From a virus (lineage: Duplodnaviria > Caudoviricetes), in the IMG/VR virus record IMGVR_UViG_3300031577_000012, positions 1 through 28,611 of that record: a stretch of 28,611 nt of DNA; one strand, given 5' to 3'. The translations under genes and the position numbers were made by a program. Positions 1 through 7,227 of this stretch are shown here, in pieces. Position 1 is the first letter of the stretch; every line of letters starts with the position of its first letter. Below the pieces are notes generated by a model. That model saw only the letters and a list, made by a program, of their open reading frames with translations. It made no database searches and had not been told where the DNA came from.

Positions 1-459
1 ATACTAGGCAATCATGATGAAACTCATATAACTAACGGCGGTTTTGATATTAGCGAAATAATATCGCTTAAAAGGCCAGATATGAAATTCCTTGGCTATT
101 CCAATGCAACGGTTAATATCGCGCCTAATACCACTGTAGAGTTATGGCATGGAAAAGATGGTAGCAGCTACGCGAATTCTTACGCCTTGCAAAAATACTG
201 TGATGCTATGATGTCAGGCCAAAAACCTTCTATATTGTTATCAGGTCATCGCCATAAGTCATTCCAAATGTTTTACCGTAATGTATTTTGTTTCGAAAGC
301 GGAACAACACAGGCATTGACCCCGTTTATGCGAGATAAGAAACTGGCGGCCTATGTAGGCGGTTGGATTATTGAAGTTAGAGTAGACGAAGAAGGAAGTA
401 TTAAAGGCTGTAAAGGCGAGTTTTTACCGTTATACGTTATGCGAAAGGATGATTATTGA
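1..459 (+). CDS. Calcineurin-like metallophosphoesterase, 5'-truncated by the window edge
   Basis: Frame 1 is open from base 1 (ILGNHDETHIT...) into the 82..459 ORF. It carries the metallophosphoesterase motifs GNHD, LWHG and SGHRH. Confidence 0.85.
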   Translation: MLGNHDETHITNGGFDISEIISLKRPDMKFLGYSNATVNIAPNTTVELWHGKDGSSYANSYALQKYCDAMMSGQKPSILLSGHRHKSFQMFYRNVFCFESGTTQALTPFMRDKKLAAYVGGWIIEVRVDEEGSIKGCKGEFLPLYVMRKDDY

Positions 460-977
460 TGAATTATATTAGGACAGAATGCCCAAATTGTGGTACGAAT
501 GTAGTATCTTTGTCTATTCCTTTGGAATATGGCTCTACATATAGATGCGAGTGGTGCAAAAGAGAATTTACAATATACGAAAACGGCAAATGCAAAATAT
601 TATCAATAGAGGGCAAAAATCAACCAATGGAAACCGCTACGTTGATTAGAAATAAGCCGCTAGAATTTACGGAAACAACAGAGTGGAAGAAACACGACAA
701 CATCGTTACAGGCGTAAAGGGCGGTAAACAGTCGAAGATCACTACAGCCTTTAGCCTGATGCCGCATAGGGCACTATTAGAGGTTGGACATGTTATGGCA
801 CAAGGGGCAGAGAGGTATGAAAAAGATAATTGGCGTAAGCTGACACCCGATGAAATATACGATCACCTGATGGAACACTTGATAAACTGGCATTTGACTG
901 GTGACAAAGAAGAATTGGCGCATGGCATGGCAAGGGCAATGATGCTATGGGAGGTTGCGGAAGATGCCGCAGAATAG
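459..977 (+). CDS. N-terminal Zn-ribbon fused to a dATP/dGTP diphosphohydrolase-like (DUF5664-type) domain
   Basis: ATG at 459 overlaps the upstream stop (TGATG). CPNC...CEWC zinc ribbon. The C-terminal FSLMPHRALLEVGHVMAQGAERYEKDNWRK...HLMEHL...LAH segment matches the family pattern (hh.VM..GA.KY...NW). Confidence 0.75.
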   Translation: MNYIRTECPNCGTNVVSLSIPLEYGSTYRCEWCKREFTIYENGKCKILSIEGKNQPMETATLIRNKPLEFTETTEWKKHDNIVTGVKGGKQSKITTAFSLMPHRALLEVGHVMAQGAERYEKDNWRKLTPDEIYDHLMEHLINWHLTGDKEELAHGMARAMMLWEVAEDAAE

Positions 978-2529
978 CGATATTGCCAAGTTAGCTATAA
1001 TACAGAGGGAGTTAAATATTAGACAGGCTAGGGAGTCGTTCTGGGCGTTCTGCTGTATGTTAGCTGATGACTTTTACCAGCCTCATAGATGGCACTTACG
1101 ATTAAATTGCGAAGTTCTACAGGCATTATATGAGCGGCGACTTACAGGTAAACTGTTCAGACAACTAGCTGAAAGCATAGCCCCAAAATGGTATATATTA
1201 TCAGTTGATTGGGAACGGTTGCAGGACGATAAAGTTTATACTAAACTTATCCAGAATCTTCCACCTAGGCATGGCAAGTCAAGGACATTAGTTATGTTTT
1301 GTGAATGGATATTAGGTAAAAATGTTAGGGAAAAGATTATATCTTGTTCATATAACGACGATTTAGCAAGTGATTTTTCGAGATATACAAGAGATGGGAT
1401 AATGACAACTAAAAATTTGCCAACCGATATTGTTTATAGCGATATTTTCCCCAATACTAAAATATCTAAAGGCAATGCTTCGTTTATGCAATGGGCACTT
1501 GAGAAATCATTCTTCAATTACAAAGGGGCTGGTGTCGGAGGAAGTGTTACAGGGCGTGGCGCTTCTGTCCTTTTGTGCGATGATGTGGTTAAAGATGCTG
1601 AAACAGCGATGAACGAAAACGCTCTTGATAAAATATGGTTGTGGTACACGGGTACTATTATGTCACGGCTAGAAGATGGAACGACGGGCGGCATAGAAAT
1701 ACAAAATGCCACTAGGTGGTCTAAGAAAGACCCAACAGGGAGGATATTAGCAGGGCCGGAAGGTAAGGAATGGTTGGTATTAAGTATAGAAGCGTGTTCT
1801 CCCGAAGGTGAAATGTTATGCCCTGATGTATTGTCAAAGAAAAAATATGAAAGTTTAAAGCGGGTAGCAGACCCCGCTATTTTTATGGCCAATTATCACC
1901 AGAAGCCTATTGATGTACAAGGGAAATTGTATCAGCAAATACTTACTTACACAGATTTACCGAAGGATGATAACGGTAACCTACTGACCGAAAGAGTTAT
2001 TGCTTATTGCGATACTGCCGATAGCGGCAACGACTATTTAGCCTGTGTGATTGGACATGTGTACAAAGGTGAGGGATATATAACAGATATTGTCTATACC
2101 AAGGATGGTATGGAGATTACCGAGCCGCTTGTAGCTAAAAGTTTGCATGATAATTTGGTAAATCTAGCTGTTGTGGAAAGCAACGCAGGCGGTAAAACAT
2201 TTGCCAGGAACGTAGAAAGGATATATTACGAAAAACACAAGAACCGATATACTACTTTTAAGTGGTTTGCTCAGTCAAAAAACAAGGTAGCTAGAATTGT
2301 TACAGGTTCGACGTTCGTAATGAATCATCTATTTTTCCCTGCTAACTGGCGTGATAAATGGCCCGATGCCTATGCCCATATAATGAGTTATCAGCGTGAA
2401 GGTAAAAATACTCACGATGATATAGAGGACGCATTAACAGGATTCAGTGAGCAAATATCTGGCGGCGCAAATTTCGAAGGATTAATTAGATGGATGGAAC
2501 AACAAAAAGAAAATAAAACTTCGCATTAA
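964..2529 (+). CDS. terL: Terminase large subunit
   Basis: Walker A (NLPPRHGKS), TGRGA motif and Walker B (LLCDD), motif C (ATRW), nuclease acidic motifs (YCDTA...D, HDDIEDA). GGAGG at 950-954 favours ATG 964 over TTG 955. Confidence 0.95.
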   Translation: MPQNSDIAKLAIIQRELNIRQARESFWAFCCMLADDFYQPHRWHLRLNCEVLQALYERRLTGKLFRQLAESIAPKWYILSVDWERLQDDKVYTKLIQNLPPRHGKSRTLVMFCEWILGKNVREKIISCSYNDDLASDFSRYTRDGIMTTKNLPTDIVYSDIFPNTKISKGNASFMQWALEKSFFNYKGAGVGGSVTGRGASVLLCDDVVKDAETAMNENALDKIWLWYTGTIMSRLEDGTTGGIEIQNATRWSKKDPTGRILAGPEGKEWLVLSIEACSPEGEMLCPDVLSKKKYESLKRVADPAIFMANYHQKPIDVQGKLYQQILTYTDLPKDDNGNLLTERVIAYCDTADSGNDYLACVIGHVYKGEGYITDIVYTKDGMEITEPLVAKSLHDNLVNLAVVESNAGGKTFARNVERIYYEKHKNRYTTFKWFAQSKNKVARIVTGSTFVMNHLFFPANWRDKWPDAYAHIMSYQREGKNTHDDIEDALTGFSEQISGGANFEGLIRWMEQQKENKTSH

Positions 2530-2534
2530 AAACA

Positions 2535-2563
2535 TTGTAATTACTAATATAATGTGATATTAT
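2535..2563 (+). promoter_or_regulatory. Sigma-A/70-type promoter for the recombinase cassette
   Basis: TTGTAA (2535-2540), a 17-nt spacer, TG at 2555-2556, then TATTAT (2558-2563). RBS AGGAG precedes ATG 2598. Confidence 0.6.
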
Positions 2564-2597
2564 AAATACATAAAAGTTCACATTAGGAGTGGTTGCA

Positions 2598-3167
2598 ATG
2601 AACGCTAAAGGAAATATAGCAGAAGTTAAGCCAATTAAAGATGTTAAGAAAATTGAAGATATGAAGGAATTTTTACTTAGTCGCAATGAACGTGATTATT
2701 TAATGTTTGTGCTAGGTATTAATAGCGGCTTACGGATTAGCGATTTGCTGAAACTTACCGTAGAAGATGTGAAGGAAGGTATCGTGCAGATTAGGGAAAA
2801 GAAAACTGGTAAAGTTAAACAGTTTGCTCTGTCTGATACATGCGTTAAAGCAATAAAAAAATACTTAAAAAATACAGGAATTAATACAGGAACACTATTT
2901 CCCAGTGCCAAGGGAGAAAATAAACCTATAAGCGAAAAGAGCGCATGGAGAATACTGAAAACCGCCGCTGAATGGTGTGGGATAGAAGAAAACGTAGGGA
3001 CTCACAGTATGAGAAAAACCTTTGGGTATCACGCCTTTAAACAAGGTGTTGAGCCGTACTATATCATGAAGTGCTTAAACCATTCCAGCCTAGTAGTAAC
3101 GAAACGCTATATTGGCATTGAACAGGATGAATTAGACGAAATGGTATATTCTCAAATGAATCTTTAA
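2598..3167 (+). CDS. Minimal tyrosine recombinase (catalytic domain only)
   Basis: Complete catalytic set: R (GLRISD), K (EKKTGK), HxxR (HSMRK), H (LNHSS), Y (RYIG). About 190 aa with no arm-binding domain. RBS spacing favours ATG 2598. Confidence 0.92.
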   Translation: MNAKGNIAEVKPIKDVKKIEDMKEFLLSRNERDYLMFVLGINSGLRISDLLKLTVEDVKEGIVQIREKKTGKVKQFALSDTCVKAIKKYLKNTGINTGTLFPSAKGENKPISEKSAWRILKTAAEWCGIEENVGTHSMRKTFGYHAFKQGVEPYYIMKCLNHSSLVVTKRYIGIEQDELDEMVYSQMNL

Positions 3168-3179
3168 GGCGGTGCAATT

Positions 3180-3323
3180 ATGATAGTATTTTGCATGTGC
3201 GTTTTTCTCTTGGTCATACTTAACATGATGGGCGTTGGTAATCCACCCCATAGAGGGGCTAGGAGCGGACAGATCAGGGCGCAGAGACAGTTAAAGAGAA
3301 TGAGAAGAGGTAAATGGATATGA
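3180..3323 (+). CDS. Small 47-aa membrane protein, not in the ORF track
   Basis: MIVFCMCVFLLVILNMMGVGNPPHRGARSGQIRAQRQLKRMRRGKWI*. RBS-like AAGGCGGTG upstream, hydrophobic N-terminus, Arg-rich tail, ATGA overlap with the next gene. Confidence 0.6.
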   Translation: MIVFCMCVFLLVILNMMGVGNPPHRGARSGQIRAQRQLKRMRRGKWI

Positions 3324-3520
3324 GTAAAACGGTAACCGTTAATACTGAAGAATTGGATACAGAAAACAGATTGCAATTAACTTGGCGGCTTAATAGTTGC
3401 AAAATTGGTAAACTAACCATAACCAAAGATACAAAAATGACGAAAGATTGGTTTCTTGAATGGGCTGGACAATTGTATAATGAGATACATAATGAGAACG
3501 AGAATAAATTAAAAGGCTAG
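3320..3520 (+). CDS. Hypothetical protein (66 aa)
   Basis: ATG 3320 overlaps the upstream stop (ATGA). AGAGG RBS upstream. Ends inside a terminator hairpin. Confidence 0.7.
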   Translation: MSKTVTVNTEELDTENRLQLTWRLNSCKIGKLTITKDTKMTKDWFLEWAGQLYNEIHNENENKLKG

Positions 3521-3544
3521 GACAAAAATGTCTTAGTCTTTTTT
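3511..3544. terminator. Intrinsic terminator, possibly bidirectional
   Basis: AAAAGGCTAGGACA-AAAA-TGTCTTAGTCTTTTTT forms a stem with G-U pairs, an A-tract on the 5' side and a T-tract on the 3' side. Confidence 0.7.
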
Positions 3545-3596
3545 GCTGTATATATTTTGACCTTTTGACTATTAAAATAATTGGAGCGTAACAGAA

Positions 3597-3911
3597 ATGG
3601 AGAAAATAATAGGCACAAACGGCATAATAAAAGAAATTACAATAAGCGACCCTCAAGAGCCTATAGGAGGAATGAGGGTGGTGAGAAGTTTATCGCTACT
3701 AGAAAAGAGCATAATTATAGGTGAATTGCCGTTCAAAGATAATAACTGGATACAAAAGTTCAAAGTAACAGGGGCATGTGATTGTAATCCGGGCGATGAG
3801 GTGTTTATGATGATTGGCGAAAGCGGAGAAGGACTTTCGCTTAAAATAAATGGTAATAATTATCCGATAATCGAGAGCGATATTGTTGAGTTTGAAGAAA
3901 CTACAAATTAA
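3597..3911 (+). CDS. Hypothetical protein
   Basis: 104-aa ORF with a GGAG RBS and no recognisable motif. Confidence 0.7.
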   Translation: MEKIIGTNGIIKEITISDPQEPIGGMRVVRSLSLLEKSIIIGELPFKDNNWIQKFKVTGACDCNPGDEVFMMIGESGEGLSLKINGNNYPIIESDIVEFEETTN

Positions 3912-3968
3912 CTTGATTTACCGTGGTTATCTAAATTCATACTAAAATAGAAATTGGAGCGTGATTGC

Positions 3969-4448
3969 ATGACTTATACAGACCAGGAAATTAATAATAC
4001 AGTTGAAATGATACTGAAAAAATACCATACATACAGAGCAAAGGCACAGCTTGATAAAGAAGAATTAAGCGAGTTATTTGCCAAGTGTACCACAAGCTAT
4101 GATACTCAGCCGCATGGCACAGATATGGGAAATCAGACACTTGACCTTGTTGAGCGCAGGAACGAACCGACCCTTAATATGAAACGGGCCAGGGCGATAG
4201 AAATAATATTTGATTCGCTAAAGAAGGAGCTACAGGAATTTTGTAAGCTTTATTTTTTTGAGCAAAATAGCCGGAATCAGGTAGAAGTTTATATGCATAT
4301 TGAAAAAAACAGATTTTACGCTATGAAAGGTGAAGTAATAGGAAAGTATCGTGATTTGTTGCCATGGAAACAGTTTGGGGAGCGAAAAGAAGATATGCAG
4401 ACAAATTGCGGACAAAATGCGGACAAATTAGGGAACAAAACGGCTTAA
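3969..4448 (+). CDS. ArpU/RinA-family late transcriptional activator
   Basis: N-terminal VEMILKKY. C-terminal sigma-region-4-like segment AIEIIFDSL...FCKLYFFE...VEVYMHIEKNRFYAMK. Lies directly upstream of a late promoter and the morphogenesis genes. GGAG RBS favours ATG 3969. Confidence 0.8.
   Translation: MTYTDQEINNTVEMILKKYHTYRAKAQLDKEELSELFAKCTTSYDTQPHGTDMGNQTLDLVERRNEPTLNMKRARAIEIIFDSLKKELQEFCKLYFFEQNSRNQVEVYMHIEKNRFYAMKGEVIGKYRDLLPWKQFGERKEDMQTNCGQNADKLGNKTA
4396..4440 (+). repeat. Tandem 11-bp direct repeats, putative late-activator binding site
   Basis: TGCAGACAAAT / TGCGGACAAAA / TGCGGACAAAT followed by a degenerate TAGGGAACAAA. The period is about one helical turn. Confidence 0.8.
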
Positions 4449-4453
4449 ACGGC

Positions 4454-4462
4454 TGATATAAT
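4454..4462 (+). promoter_or_regulatory. Late promoter, extended -10 element
   Basis: TG-A-TATAAT is a perfect extended -10. No consensus -35 is present, consistent with activator dependence. Confidence 0.75.
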
Positions 4463-4482
4463 AGTAATATCGAAAAGAACGG

Positions 4483-4544
4483 AGTCGCCAAAGGGCGGCT
4501 ATTTTTATATGCGAAGGGCGTTGTCTTAGTACAGCGTCCTTTTT
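4483..4544 (+). terminator. Two tandem terminator-like hairpins in the late leader
   Basis: AGTCGCC-AAAG-GGCGGCT followed by ATTTTT, then AAGGGCGTTGT-CTTAGT-ACAGCGTCCTT followed by TTT. Confidence 0.6.
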
Positions 4545-4573
4545 AAAATTTCTCAAAGAAAGTCGGTGCATGG

Positions 4574-4717
4574 ATGGATGACAAGAAAGTTATTGTCGGC
4601 GTTGTCAAGTCAAAAACCGTAACAGGTATTGTTTGCGGCGGCGAGATTGTTCTATTGCAAAAGGAATTAGAAAAATTCAACGGGCAAATGGTTAAGGTTA
4701 CGATTGAACCAGCCTAG
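4574..4717 (+). CDS. Small 47-aa protein, first gene of the late operon, not in the ORF track
   Basis: MDDKKVIVGVVKSKTVTGIVCGGEIVLLQKELEKFNGQMVKVTIEPA*. Fills the gap between the leader and the portal gene. The RBS is weak (GGTG). Confidence 0.6.
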   Translation: MDDKKVIVGVVKSKTVTGIVCGGEIVLLQKELEKFNGQMVKVTIEPA

Positions 4718-4751
4718 AAATTGCTCGAATATCGAAGAAAGGAGGAAATAA

Positions 4752-7211
4752 ATGGGAATATTAGATTTTTTGCGTAAAGGTAATCAGGTAGCAAGTTCTA
4801 GAAGCCTGGCAGCAGAAGCACAAGCATTAACAGCACAGCAGAACCAGCAGAACGGTACAGTCGGCGGTAATAACGCATATAACGATGGCGGCATGTATTC
4901 GCCTGGGAATCCGCTTGAACCGCAGAACCAAGGTAAAGCACCTTGGCAATATCAATACCAAGTCGGTAGAAATCTTGTTGTTAATCCACGTACAGAAGAT
5001 GATCGCCTTGCGCCATTCCAAGTGCTGCGGACTCTTGCAGAGACACACGACATAACGGCTATGTGCTGGAAAATGATGATAGACCAGGTTACTGGTGATG
5101 AATGGGACATTGTTCCAGCCGATAAAAACGACAGGGAAAATTACAAAGAAGATATTGACACAGTAAAACAGTTTTTCTATAAGCCTGACAAGGTACACTT
5201 GTTTAACGATTGGCTCAAGCCGTATTTGACGGACGTATTACAAATTGATGCTGGATGTCTATATAAACGGCGTACAAGGGGCGGCAAACTTTATTCATTG
5301 GAATATGTTGACGGCTCAATGATAAAACCGCTAATAGATGCTTATGGGCGTGTGCCTCAACCGCCTAATGCTGCATATCAACAAATTGTATATGGTATGC
5401 CGTATGGTAGTGATGTTCCTCTTGGGTTTACAGCTAATGATATTATTTATAGACCGCGATACCCTAGGACATGGACACCTTACGGACTAGCACCAACTGA
5501 AAATATATTGATGAAAATTAATATCATGCTCAGACGTGATGACTTTCACCTGCGCTATTACACGAAGGGCGCATTGCCTGACGCTGGACTATTCCAGGTT
5601 GATGCTGAATGGACACCGGAACAAATTCAGCAATACCAAGAACTTTTCAACGATGTAATGAGCGGCAATATTAACGAACGTCTAGCAATGAGATTTGTTC
5701 CGAAAGGTACTTATACGGCTACTAAGGAATTTAAAGTCGACCCTGCCATAGACGAATGGATTGCGCGACTTGTAGCACTAAGTTATGGTGTTAACCCGCA
5801 GGCATTTATATCCGCAATGAACAGATCGACAGCACAGGCGCAAGATCAACAGCAAACAGATATTGGCCTTACTCCGTTGGAAAAGTACCTGGAAGAAAGT
5901 TTCACTGATATTATCCAATATGAGCTAGGCTTTACACGATTAAAATTCAAATATATTGATGAGAAAAAAGAAGATGCTCAACTTACAATTACCCGTGACA
6001 TGCAGTATGTTGATCGTGGTATTTTGACAGTCGATGAAGTTCGTTCGAATCGTGGACTTGCCCCGTTGACAACTTTGAAAGATGGTGTACCGCCTTATAT
6101 TAAGTTGGGCAATGATGTCGTATTGCTGACAGAGGAATTTATCAAAGCTAAAAGTGAAGCACAGGTTAAAGCACTTGAACAAGGTGACTACCAAACAGGC
6201 AATATGCAGAATATGAACATTCGAACACAACAAGCCGACAAAAAAGGCGATAAAACAGGCGATAAGAGCGGAGAAAAAGATAATCCCATAGAAGAATCTA
6301 CGGAAGATAAGAAAACGGCTCAGAAGTCGATTGCGGACGAATTAAAGCAATTCGAGAAATTTGCATTAAAAAGGCTAAAAAAAAAGACTAAAAGAGACTT
6401 TGAACCAAACGTTTTACCGTTGACTTTAACGAAAATGATGAATGAAAAGTTAAAGTCGATTGATTCTGCCGATGAAGTCAAAAAGTTCTTTGCAGACATG
6501 TCAAACTTTTCCAAGAATGATGATAGCGACTTGGAAGATACTTTTAACGATTTAGAAGATTACCTAATGGAAATGGCTGACGAATTACCTGACAACGTGA
6601 TTAACCAATCTGACAGCGACGATAAAAAAGCATTGCTTCTATTATTATTGTTTGGCAAGTTTGATTTTGAAAACGAGTTTGAACCTGCATTAAAATCATT
6701 GTTAAGAAGATATGCTCTAATGTCGCTTGATTCGGCTGAAACGGAAATAAAGCAGATCGGCGACTTTTCTATTACCAAAAAGCGAAAAGACGAAATAATT
6801 GACAACATTATTGAAGAACGGTTATCATTCATAATTCCAGAAATTGAACGTGTGACTAAAGAAAGAATATCTTCCAGTATTTCTACTTGCATTGATAAAG
6901 CGACGCTTAAACAGGCGATAAAGGACTCATATGTATTGAGTAACGACAGGGTAGAAAATATCGAAGAAATTGAACAACAAACTATTGAAAATATAACCCG
7001 TATTGCGATTGCAGTAGAAAGCGGCATAGTCGGCGGCGTGCTAGTCAGCGACGGAGAAGAATTTGACTCAGTATGTGCAACGGCTAACGGACAAACATGG
7101 TCGCTAAAATATGCGAACGACAATATATTAGAACATCCCAAATGCCGCAGACAATTTTCTTTTTTGAGCAAGGAAGAAGTCAAGGCGAATGGTGGATTTG
7201 ATGAAAAATAA
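4752..7211 (+). CDS. Portal protein fused to a C-terminal MuF/SPP1 gp7-like head morphogenesis domain
   Basis: HK97-type portal motifs (YSLEYVDGSMIKP, PYGLAPTE, YYTKGALP, GILTVDEVRSNRGLAP) in the N-terminal ~450 aa, then a charged linker. The C-terminus has the MuF-like DSVC..ANGQ..S and EHPKCRR motifs. Strong AAGGAGG RBS. Confidence 0.88.
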   Translation: MGILDFLRKGNQVASSRSLAAEAQALTAQQNQQNGTVGGNNAYNDGGMYSPGNPLEPQNQGKAPWQYQYQVGRNLVVNPRTEDDRLAPFQVLRTLAETHDITAMCWKMMIDQVTGDEWDIVPADKNDRENYKEDIDTVKQFFYKPDKVHLFNDWLKPYLTDVLQIDAGCLYKRRTRGGKLYSLEYVDGSMIKPLIDAYGRVPQPPNAAYQQIVYGMPYGSDVPLGFTANDIIYRPRYPRTWTPYGLAPTENILMKINIMLRRDDFHLRYYTKGALPDAGLFQVDAEWTPEQIQQYQELFNDVMSGNINERLAMRFVPKGTYTATKEFKVDPAIDEWIARLVALSYGVNPQAFISAMNRSTAQAQDQQQTDIGLTPLEKYLEESFTDIIQYELGFTRLKFKYIDEKKEDAQLTITRDMQYVDRGILTVDEVRSNRGLAPLTTLKDGVPPYIKLGNDVVLLTEEFIKAKSEAQVKALEQGDYQTGNMQNMNIRTQQADKKGDKTGDKSGEKDNPIEESTEDKKTAQKSIADELKQFEKFALKRLKKKTKRDFEPNVLPLTLTKMMNEKLKSIDSADEVKKFFADMSNFSKNDDSDLEDTFNDLEDYLMEMADELPDNVINQSDSDDKKALLLLLLFGKFDFENEFEPALKSLLRRYALMSLDSAETEIKQIGDFSITKKRKDEIIDNIIEERLSFIIPEIERVTKERISSSISTCIDKATLKQAIKDSYVLSNDRVENIEEIEQQTIENITRIAIAVESGIVGGVLVSDGEEFDSVCATANGQTWSLKYANDNILEHPKCRRQFSFLSKEEVKANGGFDEK

Positions 7212-7227
7212 AGGGAAGTGATTACAT

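Noticed and set aside
2598-3167. Recombinase as prophage integrase or tail-fibre invertase
   Set aside because: It is too short for an arm-binding integrase. I saw no att-like boundary, no inverted fibre cassettes and no long inverted repeats in the window.
2486-3656. Minus-strand ORFs around the recombinase cassette, considered as a possible repressor or antitoxin
   Set aside because: They overlap better-supported + strand genes that have RBSs and coupled overlaps, and show no HTH or other motif.
3579-3962. Shared 11-mer AATTGGAGCGT before ORFs 3597 and 3969
   Set aside because: It is largely explained by the Shine-Dalgarno core in AT-rich context, and two copies are too few to call an operator.
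4396-4440. Repeats as a CRISPR array or replication iterons
   Set aside because: The 11-bp units abut without spacers. They adjoin a late promoter and activator gene rather than cas or rep genes.
6560-7183. 207-aa minus-strand ORF opposite the MuF domain
   Set aside because: It lies entirely antisense to a motif-bearing gene. Its Ser/Ile/Leu-rich composition is the expected mirror of Glu/Asp/Lys codons, and it has no motif.
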